A DNA stretch of 64,000 bases, taken from NCBI GenBank assembly GCA_963704165.1, contig CAVPHD010000003.1:1-64000 (forward strand), in the 5' to 3' direction. Position numbers and translations under genes: made by a program. The notes beneath the pieces were generated by a model. It did no database searches and was not told the DNA's origin. It was given only the letters and a program-made list of their open reading frames with translations. The DNA is from an uncultured delta proteobacterium (lineage in GTDB: Bacteria > Myxococcota_A > UBA9160 > SZUA-336). Of the stretch, positions 18,853 to 42,170 are shown piece after piece. How positions within the stretch are numbered: the stretch's first letter is position 1; each line of letters opens with the position of its first letter.

Positions 18853-20149
18853 CTAGACCAGCCAGGCGGCGAGAGCCGCGGCGACGAGGATCACGCCAGC
18901 GGCGGAGACGACCAGGCGACGCAGAGCCGGTGCGCCGAGGAACACGACCAGGCCCGCCTTGAACACGGTGTTCGCCGCCACGGCGATGACGATCGCGAGC
19001 GAAGCAGACTCCACGAGCGCGGCGTCGGACAGCGAGAGCTGTGCCATCGAGAGCGCGATCGCATCCACGTCGGTGAGTCCGGCGATCGCGCCGGTCAGGT
19101 AGAGCCCGGTGTCGCCGAGGTACACGTGCGCAGCCTTGGCCGCGAACGTGATGACGCCGAAGAGCAGCCCGAAGCGGATGGCCTCGCTGAGGTCGAATGG
19201 ATTCCCGCCGGCGCTCACCTCCGCGGTCTTCGTCGAGCGCTGTCGCCGCCAGAGCCAGCCGCAGATCGCCAGGCTCGGCAGGCTGAACGCGGCCATGGCG
19301 AGGCCGACGCGTGGGACGAGCCGCGAGTCCACGGCAGCGACGAGCACCACGACGCGCACGAACATCACCGTCCACGCGACGAGGATGCCGAGCGCGAGCG
19401 GCGTCGCCTGCGCGGGCTCCTGCCGGCTGCGCTGCGAGAATCCGAGCGTTACCGCGGTGCTCGAGACGAGCCCACCGAGCAGTCCGGTGAGGCCGATGCC
19501 GTGCTCGGGCCCGACGATCTTCACGAGCAGGTAGCTCGCGAAGTTGAGCCCCGAGATCAGCACCACCATCAGCCAGATCTGGAAGGGGTTGATCACGTCG
19601 AGCGGCGGCGGACCGAAGTTTCGATCCGGCACGAGCGGCAGGATGATGATGCTCGACGATCGCGAACTTCAGCGTCGCCTCGACGTCGGCGGCCTCGATC
19701 CGACCCGCGAGCCGGTGCAGCCAGTCCTTGAGCGCGAGCACACCGCCGCTCGCGACGGCGAGCCCGGCGGCCGTCGTGACGTAGCCGCGCACGCACAGGA
19801 ATCCGAGCAGGAACGCGAGCAGCGCCGAGACCTCGGTCGTGATGCCGAGCTCCCCGCGCTCCGCGGTGATTCGGTACGACACGATCACGAGTCCGGCGAC
19901 AGCGGCGAAGACGCCCAACGCGAGCCAGGGCCGGCCGAGTGACTCGTCGATGAACGCGGCGACGCCCCCCGAGAGCGCGAGCAGGCCGAACGTGCGCACG
20001 CCGGCGAAGCTCGCCTGCGTCTTCGATCGCTCGCGCTCGAGCCCGAGCAGCACCCCGAGCCCCAGCGCCGCGCCGAAGCGCAGGCTCTGCACGAGCGGGT
20101 CGACGGCGTTCTCGAGCGCTTCCAGCGGGGCACCTCCCGCGGCAAGCAT
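18853..20149 (-). CDS. MgtC/SapB + DUF4010 membrane protein (frameshift near 19655)
   Basis: GLERER, AGVRTF, GITTE; GGLVSSTA, AGLTDVDAI; start uncertain. Confidence 0.85.
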
Positions 20150-20247
20150 GCCCCAGAACGCCCGCCTTCGCGCGCCGTGGGCAGCCACTGCCCCGGAGAC
20201 CTCTCCCGCGGCACATCACCCGAGCTCACTCCCGTCGCGATGCACCG

Positions 20248-20320
20248 TGGGCCCTCCCGGGATCGAACCGGGGACCGATGGATTAAAAGTCCACTGCTCT
20301 GCCAGCTGAGCTAAGGGCCC
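20248..20320 (-). tRNA. tRNA-Lys(TTT), CCA not encoded
   Basis: GGGCCCT acceptor, TAGCTCAGCTGG D arm, CT-TTT-AA loop, GGTTCGATCCC T arm. Confidence 0.97.
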
Positions 20321-20344
20321 GTGCGCGGGAGGGTAGCCAGCTGC

Positions 20345-22659
<2,315 letters not shown>

Positions 22660-24274
22660 TCAGACGACCGCCGCTCCCAGGTCGAGCAGCAGTGCCGTCT
22701 CGATACCCGGGAGCGCGCGAACCGCCTCGACGAGCTTGCTCGACGGGGTCGGCTCGAGCGAGAGCAGCTGAAGCGCTTGAGATGTCTCGGGGTGTAGGCC
22801 GAGTTGCATTCGTTTGATGTTGATTCCCGCGCTGCCGAGCATCGTCCCGACGTGACCGACCACACCGGGGCGATCCTGGTTTCGGATCAAGAACGTCGGG
22901 CCCCTCGGGAATGGCTTCGAAGCGGAAATCGTCGATGCGCACGATGCGCGGCTGGGTCCTGCCGAAGATCGTCCCGGCGATCAGGTGAACGCGTCCGCCT
23001 CGGTCGCGAATCCGCACGGTCATCAGGCTCACGAAGTCCTCCGGCTCGGTGGACTTCGTCTCGATCACGCGGATCCCCTGCTTCTGCGCGATCACCGGCG
23101 CGTTGACGTAGTTCACCTCGTCGCCGAACCACGGCGCGAGAACGCCACGCAGGATGGCGATCGAGATCGGCTGGACGTTGAGTCCGGCGATCTCGCCGGC
23201 GTATTCGATGTCGATCTCGGCAACGCCTCCGGACGAGACCTGGCCCTGGAAGAGCCCGAGCTTCTCACCGAGCACGATGAACGGGCGAAGGACCTCGAGA
23301 TCCTCGGCGGACACGGACGGTAGATTCACCGCGTTCCGGACCACGCCTCGCTGAAGGTAGTCCCGCACCTGTTCCGCGACGGCGATCGCGACGTTCAGTT
23401 GCGCGGTCTCGGTAGCGGCACCGAGATGCGGCGTGAAGATCACTTCCTCGCGCTGGAGCAGCGGGTGGTCCTTCGGCGGCGGCTCGGTCTCGAAGACGTC
23501 GAGGGCTGCACCTGCACACCTTCCGCTCTCGATCGCCTCGAGAAGCGCTTGCTCGTCGACGATTCCGCCGCGCGCGGCGTTGATGATCAGAACGCCCGGC
23601 TTGGCCTTGGCGAACGCGTCCCGCCCGATCAGGCCTCGCGTGCTCTCGGTGAGTGGCACGTGGACCGTGATGACGTCGGATCGCGCGATCAACTCCTCGA
23701 GCGAGACGAGGTCGACACCGAGACGCTCCGCGCGCTCCTCGGAAACGAGCGGGTCGAATGCGATCACGCGCATGCGCAGTCCGCGTGCGCGATCGGCGAC
23801 GATCGAGCCGATGTTCCCGAGCCCGATCACTCCGAGCACCTGATCGAAGAGTTCCTTGCCATTGAACCGTGTCTTCTCCCACTTGCCGGAGCGCATGCTC
23901 GCGGTGGCTTGCGGGATCTTCCGAGCGAGCGACGTCATGAGCGCGATCGCGTGCTCCGCGGTCGTGACGGTATTTCCTTCCGGGGTGTTCATGACGATGA
24001 TCCCGCGCGCGGTCGCCGCCGCGAGATCGACGTTGTCCACACCGATTCCGGCGCGGCCGATCACGCGCAGCTTCTTGCCGGCTTCGATCACGTCGGCAGA
24101 GGCCTTCGTTCCGCTGCGAATGATCAGGCCGTCGTACTCGGGCAGGATCTTCTTCAGCTCATCGGCGGAAAGCCCGGGCTTGTGGTCGACCTCGATTCCC
24201 TCTGCATCCGCGAGAATCGCGAGTCCCTCGTCGGACAACTTGTCACTGATCAATACGCGTGTCACTGCACTCAT
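22660..24274 (-). CDS. serA: D-3-phosphoglycerate dehydrogenase with ASB/ACT domains (frameshift near 22897)
   Basis: RAGIGVDNVD, GLGNIG, INAARGG, TPHLGA, DRPGVVG. Confidence 0.95.
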
Positions 24275-25428
24275 ACCTTTCTTAGACCGCTCTTGTGAAG
24301 TTGCTCGATCATCGCGCGGGTTCCATCTCCGAGCCGAATGGGTTGCCCGAGGTCGGCGAGCGTCATCTCTACCGCCGCGACCGCGCTGATCATGTCGAAT
24401 CCGTCGATGTCGCCCATGTGGCCGACACGGAAGATCTTCCCGTCGAGGTGGCCTTGCCCACCCATGATCGTCACGCCGTAGGCGTCGCGAAGATGTTTCA
24501 CGAAGCGCCTTCCATCCACTCCGTCCGGGACGTATACGGCGGTACAGGCAAAGGAGGGCGCATCGCGGGCGACGAGCTTCAATCCGAGCGCCTGCATCGC
24601 CGCACGCATCGCGCGAGCGAGCGCCTCGTGGCGAGAGAAGACCTGATGCAGTCCCTCTTCGAGAATCATCTCGAGCGCCTCGCGCAAGCCCACGAGGAGC
24701 GAAACGGGCGCGGTCCAAGCCGTCTGGTCGGTCACCTGCGCCTTCAGCTCCTTCCGCAGATCGAAGTAGTACCGGCTGCAGCGCGCAGACTCGATCGCGG
24801 TCTGTGCACGGGTGGAGAGCGCGATGAATGCAAGGCCCGGCGGAAGGAGCCACGACTTCTGACTGCCCGAAACGACGACGTCGAGGCCCCAAGCGTCCAT
24901 CGGCAAATCGTGTACGCCAACACCGCTGATCCCGTCGACCACGATCAGCCGGTCCGGCTCCTCCTTCGTGATCTCGGCTAGTTCGCGAATCGGATGGTAG
25001 ACACCGGTCGAGGTCTCACTGGCCTGAACGAGCAGCGCGCGTGCGTCGGGGCAACGGCGAAACGCGTCACGCACCGCACCGGCCTCGACCGCGTTCCCCC
25101 ACTCCACATCGACACACTCGACGTCTACGCCGTGAGCACGACAGATCTCCGCCCAACGCTCGCCGAACTTCCCCGCACGAACGACCACGGCACGATCACC
25201 GGGGGAGAGCGTGTTCACAACGGCTGCTTCCATGGCGCCGGTCCCGCTGCTCGCGAGTACCAGCACCTCGTTCTCCGTCTGAAAGACACGCTTCAGGTTG
25301 GCGCGGACCTCGGCAAACAGAGGGATGAAAGCGGGCGCACGGTGATGCAAGAGCGTCTTCGCCATCGCGAGGCGGACCCGCTCCGGGACCGCGACCGGGC
25401 CGGGAGTGAGTAGACGATACTTGGGCAT
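24271..25428 (-). CDS. class V aminotransferase (serine-pyruvate/alanine-glyoxylate family; probable SerC substitute)
   Basis: LLTPGP, SSGTGAME, ETSTG, SGSQK, FRVGHMG; overlaps serA start. Confidence 0.9.
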   Translation of the reverse strand: MPKYRLLTPGPVAVPERVRLAMAKTLLHHRAPAFIPLFAEVRANLKRVFQTENEVLVLASSGTGAMEAAVVNTLSPGDRAVVVRAGKFGERWAEICRAHGVDVECVDVEWGNAVEAGAVRDAFRRCPDARALLVQASETSTGVYHPIRELAEITKEEPDRLIVVDGISGVGVHDLPMDAWGLDVVVSGSQKSWLLPPGLAFIALSTRAQTAIESARCSRYYFDLRKELKAQVTDQTAWTAPVSLLVGLREALEMILEEGLHQVFSRHEALARAMRAAMQALGLKLVARDAPSFACTAVYVPDGVDGRRFVKHLRDAYGVTIMGGQGHLDGKIFRVGHMGDIDGFDMISAVAAVEMTLADLGQPIRLGDGTRAMIEQLHKSGLRKV

Positions 25429-25485
25429 CTAGGGGCTCCAGAAGCACACGAAGGGCGAAGGGGCGCCAGCGCGCGAGTCGGCGCG

Positions 25486-25514
25486 ACTTTATCGCCTCGC
25501 GTCGGACCGGTCAA
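25486..25514 (-). promoter_or_regulatory. sigma70-type promoter of the aminotransferase-serA-purA operon
   Basis: Minus strand TTGACC-N17-TAAAGT. Confidence 0.55.
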
Positions 25515-25591
25515 CGCGCTCTTTGGACGGGCCGAAAATGGTTTCACCTGCCGTTTCAGCAGGTTAGCCCCTGTGCTACGTTCGGCTGTCG

Positions 25592-26854
25592 ATGCAGGAA
25601 TTGGCCGTTGCCCCGATCGCCGCACCGGACGCGACGGTCCGCATTCCCGGCTCGAAGAGCCTGACGAATCGCGCCTTGGTCTGCTCGGCGTTGGCTGCCG
25701 GGACGAGTCGCCTCGTCGGCTGGCTCGAGAGTGATGACACCGCGGCGATGATCGATGGCTTGGCTCGGCTAGGGGTGACCGTCGAACCCGAGGGTGCGGA
25801 CCTGTTGGTGAACGGCGTGGGGGGCGAGTTCGCGATCCCACTTCACCCGATCGATTGCCGGGCATCTGGAACGACGATGCGGTTCCTGGCGGCCTGTGCC
25901 GCGCTCGTACGCGGCCGGGTCGTATTGGACGGGGTCGCGCGAATGCGGGAACGGCCGATCCAGGATCTTGCGGACGCACTCGGCTCGCTCGGAGTATCGG
26001 TTCGAACGGTCGCAGGCTGCCCGCCGGTCACGATCCAGGGTGGGCGATTGCCCGGCGGACGCGTCGCGATCGACGCGAGCAAGTCGAGCCAGTTCCTGTC
26101 CGCGCTGCTGATGGTCGCTCCGCTCGCGGAGGGCGAGGTCGAGATCGTCGCTACGCAGATCACGTCCCGCCCATACGTGGACGCAACACTTTCGGTGATG
26201 AACGCATTCGGGATCTCGGTGGAGTTGCTCGGAAGCGATACGTTCCGGATCCCGGGCGGCCAGCGCTATCGCAAGCGCACCTATGCGATCGAGCCCGACG
26301 CAACCGCGGCTACGTACTTCTTCGGCGCGGCAGCGATCACCGGAGGACGGATCCGGGTCGACGGGCTTTCTCCTGCGTCGGCGCAGGCAGATGTTCGCTT
26401 CGTCGAGGTCCTGGAACGCATGGGCTGCGGCGTCGAACGAGGGCCGAACTGGATCTCGGTTCGCGGCCCACGATACCTGCACGGTGTGGATGTCGATCTG
26501 AATGCACTCCCGGATAGTGCACAGACACTCGCCGTCATCGCGCTCTTCGCGCGTGGTCGCACGACGATCCGAAACGTGCCGAATCTTCGCTTCAAAGAAA
26601 CCGATCGCATGGCCGCACTCGAGACGGAGCTTCGGAAGCTCGGCGCAAACGTCGAGACGACCGCGACCGACCTCTTGATCGATCCTCCATCACGGGTGAC
26701 GCCCGCTCGGATTTCGACATACGACGACCATCGGATGGCGATGAGCTTCGCGGTCGCAGGGCTCGCCGTCGAAGGGATCGTGATCGAGAACCCGGACTGC
26801 GTTCGCAAGACGTTCCCGGGCTTTTTCGACGAGCTTCGCCGGCTCTCCGCATGA
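25592..26854 (+). CDS. aroA: EPSP synthase
   Basis: PGSKSLTNR, SGTTMRF, SSQFLSA, KETDR, DDHRMAM. Confidence 0.97.
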   Translation: MQELAVAPIAAPDATVRIPGSKSLTNRALVCSALAAGTSRLVGWLESDDTAAMIDGLARLGVTVEPEGADLLVNGVGGEFAIPLHPIDCRASGTTMRFLAACAALVRGRVVLDGVARMRERPIQDLADALGSLGVSVRTVAGCPPVTIQGGRLPGGRVAIDASKSSQFLSALLMVAPLAEGEVEIVATQITSRPYVDATLSVMNAFGISVELLGSDTFRIPGGQRYRKRTYAIEPDATAATYFFGAAAITGGRIRVDGLSPASAQADVRFVEVLERMGCGVERGPNWISVRGPRYLHGVDVDLNALPDSAQTLAVIALFARGRTTIRNVPNLRFKETDRMAALETELRKLGANVETTATDLLIDPPSRVTPARISTYDDHRMAMSFAVAGLAVEGIVIENPDCVRKTFPGFFDELRRLSA

Positions 26855-26878
26855 GAGCGGACCGGGAATGACCTAGGC

Positions 26879-28729
26879 CTATTCGGGCGCGGGACTGGCG
26901 GGTGCGACGTCCTTCACTTGGTAGGGCCCGACGTCGAGGACCTCGAGCGTGCGATCCCCCGCCACGAAGACATAGCGCCCGCGGCGGGCGATCGCGTGAG
27001 TTCCCTGAACCTGCACGGTATCCGAGACCTCGTGACCAGGTGAATCCGTGACCTGCAGGCCCCGATCACCGAGCAGATAGGTTCGATCTCCATCGGCCAC
27101 GAGATCGACGAGGCGCCCTACGCGCTCGGCATCCAGCCGTCCGACCAACTGCGGCCGAGCCGGATTGGCAAGGGAGAGCTCTACCGCTTCGTCCTTACCA
27201 AAAACCATCAGCGAAGTCCCCGCAACGCGCGAACTCTTGGCCGTAAAGCCATCGGCGAGAACGACGGGTGAACCCGCGAGGTGACGGAGCAGGTGCTTGG
27301 GAGACGTGACTTCCACACGCGTCGGTTGCACCAGGTAGATGTACGGCTTGTGCACGTCGACTCCGACATACATTCCCTCGAGTAGCCGATGCGCGGCTCT
27401 TCGCTCACTCGCAGTTCGAATCGCGAAGACGCCCTTGTTCCCGGCGATCAGAACGGTGTCGTCGTACGCGTCAGCGGCGAGGATCGCGCCGACCTCAGGA
27501 ACTTCCCACTTGCCGAGAGAGACCGGCTTCTCCGAGGTTCTCTTGACGAGTTCCGCACCGTCTGGCCCGTAGATTAGAACATGCTCGTCGTCGACGAGTT
27601 TGATTCCGTTCCAACTCGAAAGATCGTCGTCGCGTCGATATCGGTCGATGACATGGGGGTCCAGCGGCGACGACACGTCGAGGAGATCGAAGCCTCCGCG
27701 CGCGAAGAGGACCGCTACTCGATCGCCGCGCATATCGATAGCGCGCACGTCCTCCAGGTAGTCCAGTCGCTGGACGCGCGCCTCCGTGCTCGCCCAGGTC
27801 GAGACAGGCACGAAGAACTGCTTCCAAAACGGATAGCGTGAGTTACCAAAGACGGTCGTATCCCTACCGTGCGTGCCCTTCAGCAGATGCTCGGCAGGTG
27901 CCTCGAATGTCCGGTCCCAGATCGGTTCGTTGGGTGTAGCGTTGTTGTAGAGGCGAACTCGACACCGCGCGAGGATCGTCGAACCACCGAAAGTCCCAGA
28001 AGCCTGTGCCTCGTCGTAGTCGAGGCGAATCCATCCCTGCATATCAGGTGATACTTCGCTTCCGGTGGGAATCAACGTGACGTCGATCCCATGCTCGCGA
28101 TACTCGCGCGCAACCACGGAAACGAATCCGCGTCGCACGCGTTGCGGCTGAGCTGCGTTCGGAGCGACCTCGACTCGGATTCCGATGTGCTTGACCGTCG
28201 TTTCGGCTTTGAAGGCGACGAGGTCGAGACTCCGCTGCGCGTCCGCTGCGAAGTCGCTCTCCGGGAACTCGCGGAGGAATTCTCTCATCGATGCAACGCT
28301 GGGCTCCGCGGCCGTCAGCTCGAGGTACGCAAGATTCCCCTTCACACGGCGCGCGAGCTGTCCGGTCGGGTAGTCCGCGAGGAAGCGTGCATATCCGCTG
28401 GCGGTGTTCGCCGCGCGAGCGCGCTCGAAGTACAGCGGTTCCATGGTCGACCGGAGCTCTGCCGTCAGAGGACTCTGCGGATAGGATTGCGCGAACTGCT
28501 CGTAGCCGGAGACCGATTTGTGGGTCATCACTCGGAGGAAGGCGATCCGTTCCTCGGCAGATCTCGCGTGATCGGAGTCGGGGTTGTCTCGGAGAAAACG
28601 CGTATATGCCGCCACCGTGTTCTCTCGTTGAGTGCCTTCCCACGACGTGTCCGCACAGCCCAGCGTCGTCAATACGACGAGCGCCAGTGCGCCGAGAACC
28701 CGAACTGAACCACCGGCAGAGCTGAGCAC
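26879..28729 (-). CDS. putative lipoprotein: four helical repeats + middle domain + probable beta-propeller
   Basis: GGGAGG before GTG; lipobox-like LTTLGC; Y/M-xx-F-L/A-xx-N/Y/F-P repeats; LLDVSSP and LEVLDV (LVIVD-like). Confidence 0.7.
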   Translation of the reverse strand: MLSSAGGSVRVLGALALVVLTTLGCADTSWEGTQRENTVAAYTRFLRDNPDSDHARSAEERIAFLRVMTHKSVSGYEQFAQSYPQSPLTAELRSTMEPLYFERARAANTASGYARFLADYPTGQLARRVKGNLAYLELTAAEPSVASMREFLREFPESDFAADAQRSLDLVAFKAETTVKHIGIRVEVAPNAAQPQRVRRGFVSVVAREYREHGIDVTLIPTGSEVSPDMQGWIRLDYDEAQASGTFGGSTILARCRVRLYNNATPNEPIWDRTFEAPAEHLLKGTHGRDTTVFGNSRYPFWKQFFVPVSTWASTEARVQRLDYLEDVRAIDMRGDRVAVLFARGGFDLLDVSSPLDPHVIDRYRRDDDLSSWNGIKLVDDEHVLIYGPDGAELVKRTSEKPVSLGKWEVPEVGAILAADAYDDTVLIAGNKGVFAIRTASERRAAHRLLEGMYVGVDVHKPYIYLVQPTRVEVTSPKHLLRHLAGSPVVLADGFTAKSSRVAGTSLMVFGKDEAVELSLANPARPQLVGRLDAERVGRLVDLVADGDRTYLLGDRGLQVTDSPGHEVSDTVQVQGTHAIARRGRYVFVAGDRTLEVLDVGPYQVKDVAPASPAPE

Positions 28730-28927
28730 ACCGACCTCCCGACCCGGCTTTCGGGCCGGGTTCCTCCCGGGAGTGTTCGGAGCCGATTCGAAGCGACTTG
28801 AGCCAACCAACCATACGTTCGACGTGGACAGCTGCCAGCCTCGCGCTATCGCGCAACATCCCGCTCAAGTGTCGACAGTACCTGCCGATCATGAACGTGA
28901 TCGCCGCAATTCGGCAGGGAGGAAGGG

Positions 28928-29071
28928 ATGGAGTTCGGACTCTTGATTCTGGGCTTGCTTGCAGCACTGGCGTTGGTGAAGGTCGTTCGAACTGCCATGA
29001 GAGGCGACAGGCCGTCCATTCGGGCGATGCTCGACGACTCCCAGCCGTGTGCGGTCCGTACGCGCCCGTGA
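28928..29071 (+). CDS. putative 47-aa single-TM small protein
   Basis: GGGAGGAAGGG directly before ATG; MEFGLLILGLLAALALVKVVRTAMRGDRPSIRAMLDDSQPCAVRTRP. Confidence 0.6.
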   Translation: MEFGLLILGLLAALALVKVVRTAMRGDRPSIRAMLDDSQPCAVRTRP

Positions 29072-29098
29072 AACCGTAAGGGGGTCGATGGAGCGCTA

Positions 29099-29148
29099 CA
29101 AATGCAGAGACCCCGCCGGCCGGAATGGCCAACGGGGTCTCGCATTTG
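29099..29148. terminator. hairpin terminator at the end of the rRNA operon, possibly bidirectional
   Basis: CAAATGC-A-GAGACCCCG...CGGGGTCTC-GCATTTG. Confidence 0.7.
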
Positions 29149-29151
29149 GAA

Positions 29152-29268
<117 letters not shown>

Positions 29269-29370
29269 AAAATGGCTGCCCTGGGGGCCGACTCACGTCG
29301 ACCCGCAGGGCAATGATCGTTTGATGTTCCGTGTCAGCCGAGGCTGAGCACAAGCGAAAATCGACGGTTT

Positions 29371-32349
<2,979 letters not shown>

Positions 32350-32526
32350 AAAACCGTTTTCCGTAGGGACCCCTCACGGGGTCTAACGGGAAACTGGTTC
32401 ACATTGACTCGGCTCATACTCAGCGTCGTCTAGAACACGGAACATCGAACGATTCAATTTTCAGAGATCGAATTAGTCAGCGTTGCTGACCGGCCGCACG
32501 CGGCGGCCTTCTGAATTCGTGACCGT

Positions 32527-32602
32527 TGGTGGAGCTGATCGGGATCGAACCGACGACCTCAGGCTTGCAAAGCCCGCGCTCTCCCAGCTGAGCTACAGCC
32601 CC
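32527..32602 (-). tRNA. tRNA-Ala(TGC)
   Basis: GGGGCTGTAGCTCAGCTGGGAGAGC...TT-TGC-AA...CTCCACCA. Confidence 0.98.
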
Positions 32603-32640
32603 GAGGAGCGCCTCACGCCATCAGGCGGCGGCGCGATCAA

Positions 32641-32717
32641 TGGTGGGCCTAGGTAGATTTGAACTACCGACCTCGCACTTATCAGGCGCGCGCTCTAACC
32701 AACTGAGCTATAGGCCC
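32641..32717 (-). tRNA. tRNA-Ile(GAT)
   Basis: GGGCCTATAGCTCAGTTGGTTAGAGC...CT-GAT-AA...CCCACCA. Confidence 0.98.
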
Positions 32718-32753
32718 GCTCGGCTCGAGCCTGGCATCGGTAGATGCACCACG

Positions 32754-34663
<1,910 letters not shown>

Positions 34664-34727
34664 GTCTCGGGCCGGTTTCGCCCGGGATTCTCCGCCAGGG
34701 GGCCCAGCGGTTGAAGCGGGGGCGAAC

Positions 34728-34754
34728 AGTATGCCAAGTCCTTCCCACTGTCAA
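34728..34754 (-). promoter_or_regulatory. rRNA operon promoter
   Basis: Minus strand TTGACA-N15-CATACT with TGn extension and GC-rich downstream sequence; the spacer is 1 nt shorter than usual for rRNA promoters. Confidence 0.6.
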
Positions 34755-34822
34755 ATTGAGGATTCGCTAGTGATTTCAAGTGGTTACAATCTGAGCCAAC
34801 GAGGGAATGCACTCGCTGGGTA

Positions 34823-36632
<1,810 letters not shown>

Positions 36633-36639
36633 ACCTGAA

Positions 36640-36918
36640 TCAGGCCGACTCGATCAGCTCGATCAGTTCCTGGATGCGCTCGCGCGGAACCGCGACCAGC
36701 TGCCGAGTCCGAAGCAGTTCACTTGCGATGTTGAGCGCCGCGAGCACTGACGCATCCTGGGTATCGGGCGTGGACTGGCGGACCTCTCGCAGAACCTGAT
36801 CCACGTACGTCGCGACCGCCTCGAGATGCACAGGATCGGCGTCGCTGCGAATTCGATACTCGCGCTCGAGGATCTTGACCGTCGTGCGACGGCTCGCCTT
36901 GTCGCGCGCGACGTCCAT
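36640..36918 (-). CDS. zapA: cell division protein ZapA
   Basis: VKILEREYRI, VLAALNIASEL. Confidence 0.9.
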   Translation of the reverse strand: MDVARDKASRRTTVKILEREYRIRSDADPVHLEAVATYVDQVLREVRQSTPDTQDASVLAALNIASELLRTRQLVAVPRERIQELIELIESA

Positions 36919-37221
36919 CACGATGCCCGATCGTCGCTGGCGCTACCCAACCGGTCGAGATCCCCGACGAGAGCGTCGATCCGGTCGAGCAGCTCGCCTC
37001 GAAGCCGTTCGAAGCCGGCGAGCTTCGCGTCGAGCTCGACGATCCGGCGATCTCGCTCGACGAGCGCACTACCCAGCTCGTCTACGGCGCGCCGCGTCGC
37101 GCGGTGTCGCTCGACCAACCACTCGATCCGCTCGCCCAGGATGGCGATGAGATCCGTCTTCTCCGACCGCGCGCGAACGCGCGAGCGGGGCCTCGAACAG
37201 GTCTGCGGCTTCGTTGATCAA
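36918..37221 (-). CDS. ZapB-like coiled-coil protein (one frameshift)
   Basis: GGGGAG before TTG; LGERIEWLVERH...LLDRIDALV; position directly upstream of zapA. Confidence 0.6.
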
Positions 37222-37402
37222 TCTCGGCTCCCCTGGCTGTTGCGCGACGCGCTGGATGCGATCTCGGGGGCTCGTCGCATAGTTCACCGGCAACTAGCGG
37301 CCGTCAAGCATGCAGAAGACGGAAAGTCTCGGCCGTCGAGCGATGTTAGCCAAGCTATCGCAGGCAATCCTCGACGGCTGTGCCGTCGGGATGCCGGATT
37401 GC

Positions 37403-37432
37403 TTGACACGCTTTCGCCGGTTCCGCTAGGCT
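37403..37432 (+). promoter_or_regulatory. sigma70-type promoter for gltBD
   Basis: TTGACA-N18-TAGGCT, about 200 nt before the ATG. Confidence 0.55.
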
Positions 37433-37636
37433 TGCCTCGGTCAAATTCGCCGATAAATCGGGTACTTCCGTCCGCCTCGTCCTCTCCCTATGAGCCCTTT
37501 GCGGGCGCCGCTGGTCGGAAGTTTTGGCCGCATTGGATTCGCCCCCGACTCCGGGAATCGCCACGGCGGCATCCCATGGAGAGAGCCACGGATCGATGGG
37601 CGCGCGAGCGCGCCAAGTGCCCAGAGGAAAGCGCGG

Positions 37637-42169
<4,533 letters not shown>

Positions 42170-42170
<1 letters not shown>

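Noticed and set aside
17792..20188. Apparent 798-aa MgtC-SGNH fusion
   Set aside because: Created by the +1 frameshift near 19655; two separate genes.
20248..20320. tRNA-Lys as an integration site
   Set aside because: No integrase and no duplicated tRNA 3' end seen in the window.
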